Of a DNA stretch of 64,000 bases, positions 1 to 9,836 are shown piece by piece. The position numbers and the translations under genes were made by a program. Positions within the stretch are counted from its first letter, which is position 1. Each line of letters opens with the position of its first letter. The DNA is from a virus. Lineage: Duplodnaviria > Caudoviricetes. The DNA lies in the IMG/VR virus record IMGVR_UViG_3300025387_000009. One strand, written 5' to 3'. The notes beneath the pieces were generated by a model. It was not told where the DNA came from and made no database searches. It was given only the letters and a program-made list of their open reading frames with translations.

Positions 1-90
1 GGAGCAAATAATTATAACCCAGTAAGTACTACAGTGTATATCTTAACAGGGGTATTCACAACAAATTACTCGTATTCAATAACTTTATAA
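1..90 (+). CDS. 3' end of an upstream gene (partial, probably structural)
   Basis: Frame 1 is open from base 1 (GANNYNPVSTTVYILTGVFTTNYSYSITL) to TAA at 88-90, one base before the next ATG. Confidence 0.6.
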   Translation, partial: GANNYNPVSTTVYILTGVFTTNYSYSITL

Positions 91-91
91 A

Positions 92-1912
92 ATGGCTATA
101 GTAAATACACCACTTTTCTTTCAAAGAACCGTATCCGGTCCACTGGACTACGATTTGGTTTTTTCTAGTACAACAACCAGAACCAGCTTTTTAACGTCTG
201 GACATGGTAGTAGTACAAAATATGCAGGTATGATTGTTGCCGATACGCAAGATGGCAACGTTTATGTGTTAGATCCAACCGCAACAACTTGGATTCCTAT
301 AAATATAAATTATAATAATTTTTATAGTGTTTTTATTAGTCAGTCTGCGAATAATTTATCTGTTTATACTCAAGTTAACAGTTTAAGTTCTGGGTGGGGT
401 AATGGTGGATCTAGTATTTCTGCATCGGTTAGTGGTAATTGGCAGTCAACTTATGTTACTGTATCAAGTTTAAGTTCCACTTGGAATAGTATTTCATTTT
501 TACAAGCTCTTTCGGCTAATGATCAATCGGTTTATTCTTCATTTAATGCTCAAAGTGCTAATAATGCTAGTGTATACACTCAAGTTAACACTTTAAGTTC
601 TGGTTGGGGTGGCTCTAGTATATCTGCATCAGTTAGTGGCAACTGGCAGTCAACATATGCAACTGTATCATCTTTAAGTGCCAATTGGAATACCGCATAT
701 CAAGCAGTTTCATCAATTCCTTATATACTCAATCAGACGCTTTCATCTACAAATACAATTATTGGACTAAATGTATCTAATGCCAAATTTTCTGAAGTTT
801 TAGGCGGCTCATGCAATGCCGCATCAGGTTGCTATTCAACAGTTGTTAATGGATTTAGTAGTTGCGCCACGGGTTATGGAACATTTGTAGGCGGAGGCTC
901 AGCTATTTGCGCTACGGGTTGTTATTCTGTAGCAGTTGGCGGAAGACTTAACACTGCTTCTGGATGTTATAGTTTTATTGGTAGTGGTTTTTGTAATTCA
1001 ACCTCAACTGGTACTAGCAATGTAATAATCGGCGGAAGTAACAATAATATATTGGGTACAGGTAATGCTAATTTCATTGGAGGTGGTAATTTCAATTGTA
1101 CAAACGTTTCTGGTGGTGTGATCACAGGTGGTTGCTGCAATATAATATGCGGCGGTGGAAATAATTTCACTACTATTGCTGGTGGTACTAATAACTGCAT
1201 TTATAATGGACAATATTCAAATATTGGGGGTGGTAATTGCAATCTTATTAATACAGGTAGTTTTTTAAGCCCAAATGCAACTATTGCAGGTGGTAGCGGT
1301 AACATTGTATGTTCACCAGCCTCAAGTATATTAGGTGGCTATAGTAATACAATTTATACTAATAGTGGATGTTCTGCCATATTGGGAGGTTGTAAAAATA
1401 ATTTAAATGGCATTGCAACAACAATCGTTGGTGGATTTAAAAATACAACATCTAGTGCATATTCATTTATTGCAGGTGGTTCTGCAAATGATACCAAAGG
1501 ATTTACTAACACCTTTATATTGGGTACATTGTTAAGTGCAAACCAAGCTAATTTTACATATGTAAATAACATATCTTCACAAGGGTTTATATATGATAGT
1601 ATTGGTAATAGCAGTCAATGGAATAGCTCTTATACAAGCTTTAACGCACAATCTGCTAATAATGCATCCGTTTATACATCGGTAAATTCAAACAGTGCAT
1701 CTTGGAATCCAGTTGGGGTTTATTTACCTTTATCAGGTGGTCAGTTAACAGGTGCTCTCACCACAACATCCACTATATCAGCACAAGGTAATATTACTGG
1801 CAATAGTGTTGCTATTAATACTCAAATACAATTTTTAACAGGTAATAACTTTGTTAAAGTTTATCAATTTTATAATTCTGTTACCAATAGTATAGATACG
1901 ATATTTAACTAA
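92..1912 (+). CDS. Fibre/adhesin protein with SANW coiled-coil repeats and Gly/Cys/Asn beta-roll repeats
   Basis: 606 aa. N-terminal domain (F-x-R...PLD...YAGMIV...VYVL...W), SGNW/SANW helical repeats, about 15-aa GGxxNxxxGxxSxIx repeats, TYVNNISSQG connector. Confidence 0.75.
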   Translation: MAIVNTPLFFQRTVSGPLDYDLVFSSTTTRTSFLTSGHGSSTKYAGMIVADTQDGNVYVLDPTATTWIPININYNNFYSVFISQSANNLSVYTQVNSLSSGWGNGGSSISASVSGNWQSTYVTVSSLSSTWNSISFLQALSANDQSVYSSFNAQSANNASVYTQVNTLSSGWGGSSISASVSGNWQSTYATVSSLSANWNTAYQAVSSIPYILNQTLSSTNTIIGLNVSNAKFSEVLGGSCNAASGCYSTVVNGFSSCATGYGTFVGGGSAICATGCYSVAVGGRLNTASGCYSFIGSGFCNSTSTGTSNVIIGGSNNNILGTGNANFIGGGNFNCTNVSGGVITGGCCNIICGGGNNFTTIAGGTNNCIYNGQYSNIGGGNCNLINTGSFLSPNATIAGGSGNIVCSPASSILGGYSNTIYTNSGCSAILGGCKNNLNGIATTIVGGFKNTTSSAYSFIAGGSANDTKGFTNTFILGTLLSANQANFTYVNNISSQGFIYDSIGNSSQWNSSYTSFNAQSANNASVYTSVNSNSASWNPVGVYLPLSGGQLTGALTTTSTISAQGNITGNSVAINTQIQFLTGNNFVKVYQFYNSVTNSIDTIFN

Positions 1913-1913
1913 T

Positions 1914-2951
1914 ATGGCAACTCTTGTAACAAGATTATCATCTAACGGTGTATATTTTACAAATACATATTTTGACGAAATTACATATACTTCTAATAAA
2001 ATATCTTTAAGTGCTACCTATAGTGCTGGTTTTGATGAAGTCACTCTTCAAGGTTCTAATGTTGTTAAACGAGAGACAAAAAACGGTAATTTTCTTGTAT
2101 CTGGTTATTTTGATGAAATAACACTATCAACCCCGACATCTATTTATAATATTGACATGCTATTAATAGCTGGAGGCGGTTCTGGTGGTTCTGGTACTTC
2201 ACCAGGTGGTGGTGGCGCAGGAGGCGTATTAAATGTTTTATCTTTTAGTGTAACACCAACTAATTCTTATACTATAAGTGTTGGCGGAGGAGGAACAGCC
2301 GTAACAGGAGGCATAAACGGAATAAACGGTGTTAATACAACATTCTCCCTAGGAGGAACAACCTTTTTTACAGCATCTGGAGGTGGTGGTGGAGGTAATG
2401 GAACTAATGGAAATGGTCTTAATGGCGGTTCGGGCGGAGGTGCTGGGAGCGGAGCTTCTGGTGGTTTAAGTGTAATAAATCAAGGTAATAATGGAGGATC
2501 ATCAACATCAGGTAGTGCTGGTGCTGGTGGTGGCGGTGCTGGAGGAGTTGCGCCAAATTCAACAACTACAACACCAACTTCAGGCGGTATTGGAACGAGT
2601 TTATTTTCCTCTTGGGCAGTTGCAACTAATACTGGACAATTATCAGGAGGATTATATTACTATGGTGGAGGTGGTGGCGGTAAGGGTAGTGGTTCATCTG
2701 CTATCGGTGGATTAGGCGGCGGTGGGAACGGAGGTATTGCTAGTGCTTTACCAACCGCAGGTTTATCAAATACAGGCGGTGGCGGTGGAGCAGGACCGAA
2801 TTTGCAAGGTAGCGGAGCAGGTGGTTCAGGACTCGCTATAATACGTTATTTAGGTACAACACAAAAAGGTACTGGCGGAACTGTTACAAATGATGGAACT
2901 TACACTTATCATACGTTTAAATTAACGGGATCAAATACCTTTATTGCATAG
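1914..2951 (+). CDS. Glycine-rich virion protein (polyglycine-type domain) with N-terminal FDE(I/V)T repeats
   Basis: 345 aa. Three FDEIT/FDEVT motifs, then LLIAGGGSGG...GGGGAGG...SGGSGLAIIRY...YTYHTF, typical of phage glycine-rich domains. Confidence 0.7.
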   Translation: MATLVTRLSSNGVYFTNTYFDEITYTSNKISLSATYSAGFDEVTLQGSNVVKRETKNGNFLVSGYFDEITLSTPTSIYNIDMLLIAGGGSGGSGTSPGGGGAGGVLNVLSFSVTPTNSYTISVGGGGTAVTGGINGINGVNTTFSLGGTTFFTASGGGGGGNGTNGNGLNGGSGGGAGSGASGGLSVINQGNNGGSSTSGSAGAGGGGAGGVAPNSTTTTPTSGGIGTSLFSSWAVATNTGQLSGGLYYYGGGGGGKGSGSSAIGGLGGGGNGGIASALPTAGLSNTGGGGGAGPNLQGSGAGGSGLAIIRYLGTTQKGTGGTVTNDGTYTYHTFKLTGSNTFIA

Positions 2952-2985
2952 CATAATGCAATTTACAAGTAAATATTAGAAGATC

Positions 2986-5460
2986 ATGGCAAAATTACTA
3001 GGAGGAACAACAATAGCTGGTACGCTGACGGCATCTGGAATCATTTCGGATGCAACTGGTAATTCGTCACAGTGGAATTCGGTTTATACAACAGTTAGTA
3101 CAACATCTGCATCTTGGGGCGGTTCTAGTATTTCTCCATCGGTTAGTGGTAATTGGCAGTCAACTTATGTCACCGTATCAAGTTTAAGCTCCACATGGAG
3201 TAGTATTTCATTTTTACAAGCTCTTTCGGCTAATAATCAATCAGTTTATAGTAATGTTAATTCAAATTCAGCAAACTGGAATTCAATTTCTTTCTTACAA
3301 GTAGCTAGTGCTAACAATGCATCAGTTTATAGTAACGTAAATTCTAATAGTGCAAATTGGAATTCTATTTCATTCTTGCAGTCTGCTAGTGCTAATAATG
3401 CATCAGTTTATAGTAATGTAAATTCAAATTCCGCCATCTGGAACAGTATATCTTTCTTACAAGCTCTTTCTGCTAATGATCAATCTGTTTACTCTTCATT
3501 TAATACACAGTCTGCAAACAATGCGTCAGTATTCAGCAACGTAAATTCTAGTTCAGCCAACTGGAACAGCATTTCATTCTTGCAATCCTTATCAGCTAAT
3601 GATAAATCGGTTTACAGTTCAGTAAACTCAAATTCAGCTAACTGGAATACAGTTTACAACAATGCAATTTATTCGGTTAGTGGTACACCAAATCAAATTT
3701 CAGCATCCGTTAATACGGTTGCGGGTAATAATGCAATAACATTAAGTTTACCATCATCGGTTAACATAACAACATTAAATGTTCTTAGTACGCTTAATAT
3801 TTCTGGAACTGCAAACTTTATTAATACAACAAATTTAAATGTTAGTAGTAATATTATTTATTTTGGAGAAGGTAACACTGGTAATGCATTAGATCTTGGT
3901 ATAGTAACTCACTTTATTGGTAATCTTAACAATGGTAGTTCAAAATATCAACATACTGGTTTAGTTAGACAAGCAGGGCAAAATTCACCAGCAGTTTGGA
4001 CGTTGTTCTCTGGTCTTACGAGTGAACCAGGCACGACAAATAGCGGTATCAATTGGGCAGATCCATATCTTCAAGTTGATACATTAAGCGCAAACGTATA
4101 TTCATCTGGTGGTAATAGTAACCAGTGGAATTCAAATTACACATCATTTAATGCTCAAAGCGCAAATAATGCTAGCGTTTATTCATCTTTTAATTCCCAA
4201 TCTGCTAATAATGCATCGGTTTATAGTTCAGTAAATTCTAATTCAGCAAATTGGAATTCAATATCGTTCTTACAAGCTCTTTCAACTAATGACCAATCTG
4301 TTTACAGTTCAGTAAACTCAAATTCGGCTAATTGGAGTTCAATATCTTTCTTACAAGCCTTATCAGCTAATGATAAATCTGTTTATTCTTCTTTTAATTC
4401 TCAAAGTGGAAACAATGCATCTGTTTATAGTTCTGTAAATTCGAATTCTGCCAATTGGAACTCTATATCTTTCTTACAAGCTGCATCGGCTAACAATTCT
4501 AGTGTTTATAGTTATGTAAATTCAAATTCCGCAACAAATAATCCTTCTTATAACACTTCAACATTTAGCAAACTATCTAGTCAAGCTTATTATGTTAATC
4601 CATCTAACTGTAATATAAATCCAACTTACGGATCAAATTCTGCATCTGGTTATTATAATACAATTCTTGGTGGAAACACTAATTGCATTAATTATAACAG
4701 TCCTTACAATTTAATCGGCGGAGGTTGTAACAATAGCATTTGCGGTCGCTACAATACAATTTTAAATGGATGTAATAACTTTTTAAATGGATTAAATTCA
4801 TTTATTTTGGGATCTAACATATCAGTTAGTGCAAATAATTTTACATTTGTTAATAATATTTCTTCTCAAGGATTAGTAGCTTCACCATCTGCTCAATTTG
4901 GTTCAACTTCTAATATTGCAAAGTTAAATTCTGCTCCATTAACTATTATATCTTCTGCTAGCGGATCTGTATTTAATCAAATACAAAATATTACGCCAAG
5001 TGTTAGTTCCAGTACGGATATTTCATTATATAATGATGATAATATTAATTATTTGGACTTAGGTATAGCTAGTACAAAATATAATGGTAATCTTTATAGC
5101 CCAACATTCAATGTAGTTAATGCTGGAGACTCGTATGTTTACTCAACGAGTGCAAATCTTGTATTAGGCGCAGCATCAACAACAAGTAGTTTAACGTTCT
5201 TTACTGGTGGTACATTAAGTGGCAATGAAAGAATGCGTATTAATCCCAATGGTAATGTTGGAATTGGTACGAGAACACCAAATACAAATTTAACAGTTGT
5301 TGGAAATATTAGTTCTACAAATACAATATATGCAAGTTCATTAAATATAACTTCTGCACCCACAACATTTGTAAATCCGGTAACAGCATCTGGAACATTT
5401 TTAATCGTGAATGTAAACGGAACAAATCAAGCAATTCAACTTTGGAACTATACATCTTAA
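2986..5460 (+). CDS. Fibre protein with two arrays of 27-aa NSNSANWNSISFLQ repeats
   Basis: 824 aa. About 8 repeat units, a short GGxxN array, TFVNNISSQG neck, and a GNVGIGTRTP module near the C-terminus. Confidence 0.75.
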   Translation: MAKLLGGTTIAGTLTASGIISDATGNSSQWNSVYTTVSTTSASWGGSSISPSVSGNWQSTYVTVSSLSSTWSSISFLQALSANNQSVYSNVNSNSANWNSISFLQVASANNASVYSNVNSNSANWNSISFLQSASANNASVYSNVNSNSAIWNSISFLQALSANDQSVYSSFNTQSANNASVFSNVNSSSANWNSISFLQSLSANDKSVYSSVNSNSANWNTVYNNAIYSVSGTPNQISASVNTVAGNNAITLSLPSSVNITTLNVLSTLNISGTANFINTTNLNVSSNIIYFGEGNTGNALDLGIVTHFIGNLNNGSSKYQHTGLVRQAGQNSPAVWTLFSGLTSEPGTTNSGINWADPYLQVDTLSANVYSSGGNSNQWNSNYTSFNAQSANNASVYSSFNSQSANNASVYSSVNSNSANWNSISFLQALSTNDQSVYSSVNSNSANWSSISFLQALSANDKSVYSSFNSQSGNNASVYSSVNSNSANWNSISFLQAASANNSSVYSYVNSNSATNNPSYNTSTFSKLSSQAYYVNPSNCNINPTYGSNSASGYYNTILGGNTNCINYNSPYNLIGGGCNNSICGRYNTILNGCNNFLNGLNSFILGSNISVSANNFTFVNNISSQGLVASPSAQFGSTSNIAKLNSAPLTIISSASGSVFNQIQNITPSVSSSTDISLYNDDNINYLDLGIASTKYNGNLYSPTFNVVNAGDSYVYSTSANLVLGAASTTSSLTFFTGGTLSGNERMRINPNGNVGIGTRTPNTNLTVVGNISSTNTIYASSLNITSAPTTFVNPVTASGTFLIVNVNGTNQAIQLWNYTS
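3402..3491 (+). repeat. 90-bp exact direct repeat, copy 1 (copy 2 at 43841-43930)
   Basis: Base-by-base comparison: atcagtttatagtaatgtaaattcaaattccgccatctgg...caatctgttta is identical at both loci. Confidence 0.9.
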
Positions 5461-5530
5461 AAATATAACTATATTACAAAGAAGATATGTGTCTACACAA
5501 TAACGTTTTTAAATACTAAATATATAATAT

Positions 5531-6289
5531 ATGAGTGCAACACAGAATGAATTAATAAACCCTTATTATGGTTTATTTTTTGGGTATCCAAATGGAACTG
5601 CCCAAATTTATGAATTATCTGGTAAGTTTGTTCCATTTTCTCCATTGATATTTCTTGCTCAAACTCAAGAAGAAGTTACAAATAAAGCAAACGAGTTAAA
5701 TTTGGTTACAGAAAGTTATCAAAGTATATATTTTAATCTTCCTAATGGTCATTCTCTTGCAAACATTAGAAGAGCAGGAAGTACAACTCTTACAACCCAA
5801 ATAGCACAAACATTTTTTCCAAGTATTAGTCCTATAGATTTTGGTGCTGGTATTATGCAATATAGTACACAACTTCCAATTTCAAGCGTTCCAACTGGTA
5901 TTCCTCATGCCGTTGTTAGACATCCAATTGAAAGATTCAAGAGTGCATTTGCAAAAAAACTTAAAGGTGTTCCACAACTCACCGCAGTAGGAGATTTTAT
6001 TGATTGGTTGGTTGAACAGGATAGAGGAACTTTAAATTGGCACTACAGACCACAAAGTATTATTATTGGCAATTTTCCAAATATTAAATATTATGATTTT
6101 GCCACTCAACTTGATCAATTAGCTTCTGATATTGGTTTACAATCACCATTACCAGTTATTAATAATACAAATTCATTATTAAAACCCGAATTAACACCGG
6201 AACAAATCACCGCATTGGAGAATTATTATTACGATGATATGACATTATATGCGAGTGTATCTACGGTGATCCCTTCAGTATCTAGTTAA
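5531..6289 (+). CDS. Sulfotransferase (Sulfotransfer_2/carbohydrate sulfotransferase-like) with about 65-aa N-terminal extension
   Basis: 5'-PSB-like NIRRAGSTTL, 3'-PB-like AVVRHPIERFKSAF, HYRPQS, and C-terminal LENYYYDD. Confidence 0.8.
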   Translation: MSATQNELINPYYGLFFGYPNGTAQIYELSGKFVPFSPLIFLAQTQEEVTNKANELNLVTESYQSIYFNLPNGHSLANIRRAGSTTLTTQIAQTFFPSISPIDFGAGIMQYSTQLPISSVPTGIPHAVVRHPIERFKSAFAKKLKGVPQLTAVGDFIDWLVEQDRGTLNWHYRPQSIIIGNFPNIKYYDFATQLDQLASDIGLQSPLPVINNTNSLLKPELTPEQITALENYYYDDMTLYASVSTVIPSVSS

Positions 6290-6291
6290 TT

Positions 6292-9200
6292 ATGTCGCTA
6301 CAGGTAGAAACAAATCCATTTCAGTATAACAGTACATTAAGTGTATTAAGTACGCTTAATGCTTCTTGCATTCAAGGTACAGGAAATCAAACTATATTTT
6401 ATGACGGTCTTTCGGCTAATTGTATCGGTAACGGACCGCAAACGCTTTCCATAAACTATTCCAATGGAACTTACATAAGTTGCGGACTGACCGTTGGTGG
6501 CACACTAACTGTCCCTAATGGGATCAATGCAACAACTGCACAGTGCGATAGTGGTGGTTGTTGCATTAACTGGTTTATAACTGGAGCTTATGGGTGTTAT
6601 GTAGCATGTGCAAACAATGCTAACGCTGCACATAATGGAGTTGTACAACCTGGCTTCGGTAGTTCTCCTTTCATTGGCGCAGGTAGTTGTAATACAGCAT
6701 CAGCAAATTATGCAATCGTAGTTGGCGGTCGTTCAAATACGGCTTCCGCTACATATTCATTCGTCGGTAGCGGTCAAAATAATAATTCAACTAATAGTAA
6801 ATCCACCATATCAGGTGGTTATGGTAATAATGCTACGGGAGATAGTTCGTTTATAGGCGGCGGTTGCGGTAACCAAGCAACAGAATTAAATTCTACTGTA
6901 TCAGGTGGATATAATAATCAAGCAAATGGAATTAGATCATTTGTTGGTGCGGGTTATAGCAATCTTTCTAATGGTCAAGATTCCACCGTTTCTGGTGGTT
7001 ATACCAACAAGGCATATGCTGCCTGTTCAACAATAGGTGGTGGGTGCAACAATCTTGTTAATACATATGGCGGTCTCAGTACAATATCAGGTGGATATGG
7101 TAACAGTGTAGGCAACGGCGGTTGCGATACTATCGCAGGTGGATCACATAATACAGCATGTCCAAATGGGGGCGGATCTTTTATTGGCGGTGGTCTAACC
7201 AATTCGATACTTCCTAATGGAGATCAAAGTGTTATCGTTGGTGGCGATGGCAACTTAATACAAGATTACAATGGATTTATTGGTGGCGGCGGTAGCAACG
7301 TTTTATGTGGCACTGTTACTTATGTATTTAATTGTTATTCAACGATTGGTGGTGGTTTCGGTAATGTTATATGCTCTGCATATTCCTTTATTGGTGGTGG
7401 TTTGAGTAACATTGCAGGTTGGGGAGGTATGAGACCAACCGGAGCAGACTATAATAGTTATGCAGTTGTTGGCGGAGGTCAAAGTAATATTGCTTGCGGA
7501 TATTATTCTGCAATAGTTGGTGGAAAATCAAACACCGCATCTGGTTATTATTCTTTTATTGCTGGTGGATCTGCCAATAATACAAACAGACTTAGTAATA
7601 CATTTATCCTAGGTTCAAACATAACAGCTAATATAGCAAACTATACATATGTAAATAATATTTCTTCGCTGGGTATAGTAGCTGATGCATCAGGAAACAG
7701 CAATAATTGGAACAGTGTATATAATACTTGGGGTAGTACTACAAATAATAGTTCCAACTGGAACAGTGTATATAATACTTGGGGTAGTACTACAAATAAT
7801 AGTTCCAACTGGAACAGTATTTCATTTTTACAAGCATTATCTGCTAATGATAAATCGGTTTATAGTTATGTAAATTCAAATTCCTCAAATTGGAATAGTA
7901 TATCCTTTTTACAATCAGCTAGTGCAAATAACGCATCTGTATACAGTAAGGTAAATTCCACTTCAGCTAACTGGAGTTCTGTCTACACTTTGGTTAATTC
8001 AACTACGGCAACCACATTTAAAGTTAGTGCATTGAGTGCACAAAGTACAATAATTGGTAGTGGATTTTGGGCAAATAGTACATATGCTGGAGTAAGTGGA
8101 GACGGTGTTATTATTGATTATATACAAGGTTCGCCAGGCATTGGTCGCATCAGCGTAGGTAATGCAACAGGCGCAGATAGTTTAGCTTTTTATAGTAACG
8201 GACCTGGATTTTCAAATCCAACCACAACAATGTATTTGTCATCCAATGGTTATGTTGGTATTAATACTTCTACACCAAATCAAGTATTAACAGTTTCTGG
8301 TACGATATCAGCATCTAATGCGGTTTATGCTAATGGTGTATTACTAGGAAGCGGCGGGAGTAGTTCCGTTACAGCGGTAAGTGGTACAGCAAATCAAATA
8401 GCAGCTAGCTATTCTTCTGGTACTGTTACGTTAAGCCTACCATCACCTGTATGTACACCAAGTAGTATATGTTTGGCATCAGGATTTCTTGTTTCAAGAG
8501 GAAATTATATTGGTGGTAATAATACAGCTTTAGGTGTTAATGCATTGAGAGTTAATACTTCATGTGGTATAAATAATATTGCTTTAGGCGATACAACTTT
8601 ATATTCAAATACAAGTGGTTCTTGTAATACAGCATCTGGTTATAATGCGCTCTATTATAATGTTTGCGGTAGCAATAACAATGCTATTGGTTGGAGATCT
8701 CTTTTTAATAATACATGCGGAAATGCTAATGTAGCTATAGGCCCTGCAGCCTCGTATTGTAACACTACCGGATGCAATAACGTATCAATTGGTTCATATT
8801 CAGGTTATGCTAATAGACTAGGTATACACAATATTGCAATTGGAAATAATGCGCTTTATAGCTCTAATGCTACAGGGTCGACAGTTAGTAACTATAATGT
8901 CGCTATTGGTAAATCAGTAATGACTCGAAACAGCACGGGTAGTTTTAATGTTAATATTGGTACAGCATCTAACTATAATAATACTGTAGGCAGCTGCAAT
9001 ACAAGTATTGGTACAAATACTCTTTATAATAATGTATCAGGTTGCAATAATTCAGCATTTGGTTTTAGAGCTTTGTGCTCAAATATAGGTGGTTGCAGCA
9101 ATCTCACTTTTGGAGATTTTGCATTAGCTGCCAATACATTTGGAAATTTTAATATTGCGTTGGGATCAAATGCGGGTTGTAATCTCACTACAGGAAATAA

Positions 9201-9831
9201 TAACACAATAATAGGTGCTAATATGACGGGCACTGCTGGTTTAGCAAATACATTTATCGCTGGTGCGGGTGGTACTGAACGTTTTAGAGTGGATCAAAAT
9301 GGTAATTTTGGTATTAATACCACAATACCTAATAATACATTAACAGTTAATGGTAGCATTAGCGCAACAGGAAGTCTTATTGCAAATGGTGCTTATACTG
9401 CCACCGCATATCTTTCGGCTAACGTAACAGCACCACAAAATAATGATCTTTGGTTGCCATTATCACCAAAAAATGATCCTAATAATTGGATTTCAAATAT
9501 TGGTACGTATCCAGCACTATCTGGTAAGATAACCCCAACCGTGCCAGGCTACTATTTTATAAATTATCAAATAGCATGGAATGGGACTACAGGTACTGGA
9601 CAAAATAATGCTCAAATTCGCATAAATGGTACTAATACAAAATCTCTTGTACAAATGCCATTATTTACTGGTTCTGGTGGTGCTCAAACTCAAACGGCAA
9701 CTTCTATAATTTATCTTAATGGTGTTTCAGATTATATTGACGTTTCTGGCTATAGCAGTGCAACAAGTCAAACTATAGTCGGTACAACTGACGGTAATTG
9801 GACAAAAGTTGAGATATATAGAATCAACTAA
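6292..9831 (+). CDS. Long fibre/adhesin with 15-aa GGxxN and 17-aa NTAxGxxAL beta-roll arrays
   Basis: 1179 aa. YadA-head-like repeats, TYVNNISSLG neck, SANW repeats, two G(Y/N)(V/F)GINT modules, C-terminal beta-sandwich-like domain. Confidence 0.75.
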   Translation: MSLQVETNPFQYNSTLSVLSTLNASCIQGTGNQTIFYDGLSANCIGNGPQTLSINYSNGTYISCGLTVGGTLTVPNGINATTAQCDSGGCCINWFITGAYGCYVACANNANAAHNGVVQPGFGSSPFIGAGSCNTASANYAIVVGGRSNTASATYSFVGSGQNNNSTNSKSTISGGYGNNATGDSSFIGGGCGNQATELNSTVSGGYNNQANGIRSFVGAGYSNLSNGQDSTVSGGYTNKAYAACSTIGGGCNNLVNTYGGLSTISGGYGNSVGNGGCDTIAGGSHNTACPNGGGSFIGGGLTNSILPNGDQSVIVGGDGNLIQDYNGFIGGGGSNVLCGTVTYVFNCYSTIGGGFGNVICSAYSFIGGGLSNIAGWGGMRPTGADYNSYAVVGGGQSNIACGYYSAIVGGKSNTASGYYSFIAGGSANNTNRLSNTFILGSNITANIANYTYVNNISSLGIVADASGNSNNWNSVYNTWGSTTNNSSNWNSVYNTWGSTTNNSSNWNSISFLQALSANDKSVYSYVNSNSSNWNSISFLQSASANNASVYSKVNSTSANWSSVYTLVNSTTATTFKVSALSAQSTIIGSGFWANSTYAGVSGDGVIIDYIQGSPGIGRISVGNATGADSLAFYSNGPGFSNPTTTMYLSSNGYVGINTSTPNQVLTVSGTISASNAVYANGVLLGSGGSSSVTAVSGTANQIAASYSSGTVTLSLPSPVCTPSSICLASGFLVSRGNYIGGNNTALGVNALRVNTSCGINNIALGDTTLYSNTSGSCNTASGYNALYYNVCGSNNNAIGWRSLFNNTCGNANVAIGPAASYCNTTGCNNVSIGSYSGYANRLGIHNIAIGNNALYSSNATGSTVSNYNVAIGKSVMTRNSTGSFNVNIGTASNYNNTVGSCNTSIGTNTLYNNVSGCNNSAFGFRALCSNIGGCSNLTFGDFALAANTFGNFNIALGSNAGCNLTTGNNNTIIGANMTGTAGLANTFIAGAGGTERFRVDQNGNFGINTTIPNNTLTVNGSISATGSLIANGAYTATAYLSANVTAPQNNDLWLPLSPKNDPNNWISNIGTYPALSGKITPTVPGYYFINYQIAWNGTTGTGQNNAQIRINGTNTKSLVQMPLFTGSGGAQTQTATSIIYLNGVSDYIDVSGYSSATSQTIVGTTDGNWTKVEIYRIN
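7708..7818 (+). repeat. Perfect 51-bp tandem duplication (17 aa, WNSVYNTWGSTTNNSSN, two copies plus a partial third)
   Basis: tggaacagtgtatataatacttggggtagtactacaaataatagttccaac at 7708 and 7759; partial third copy from 7810. Confidence 0.9.
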
Positions 9832-9836
9832 AATAG

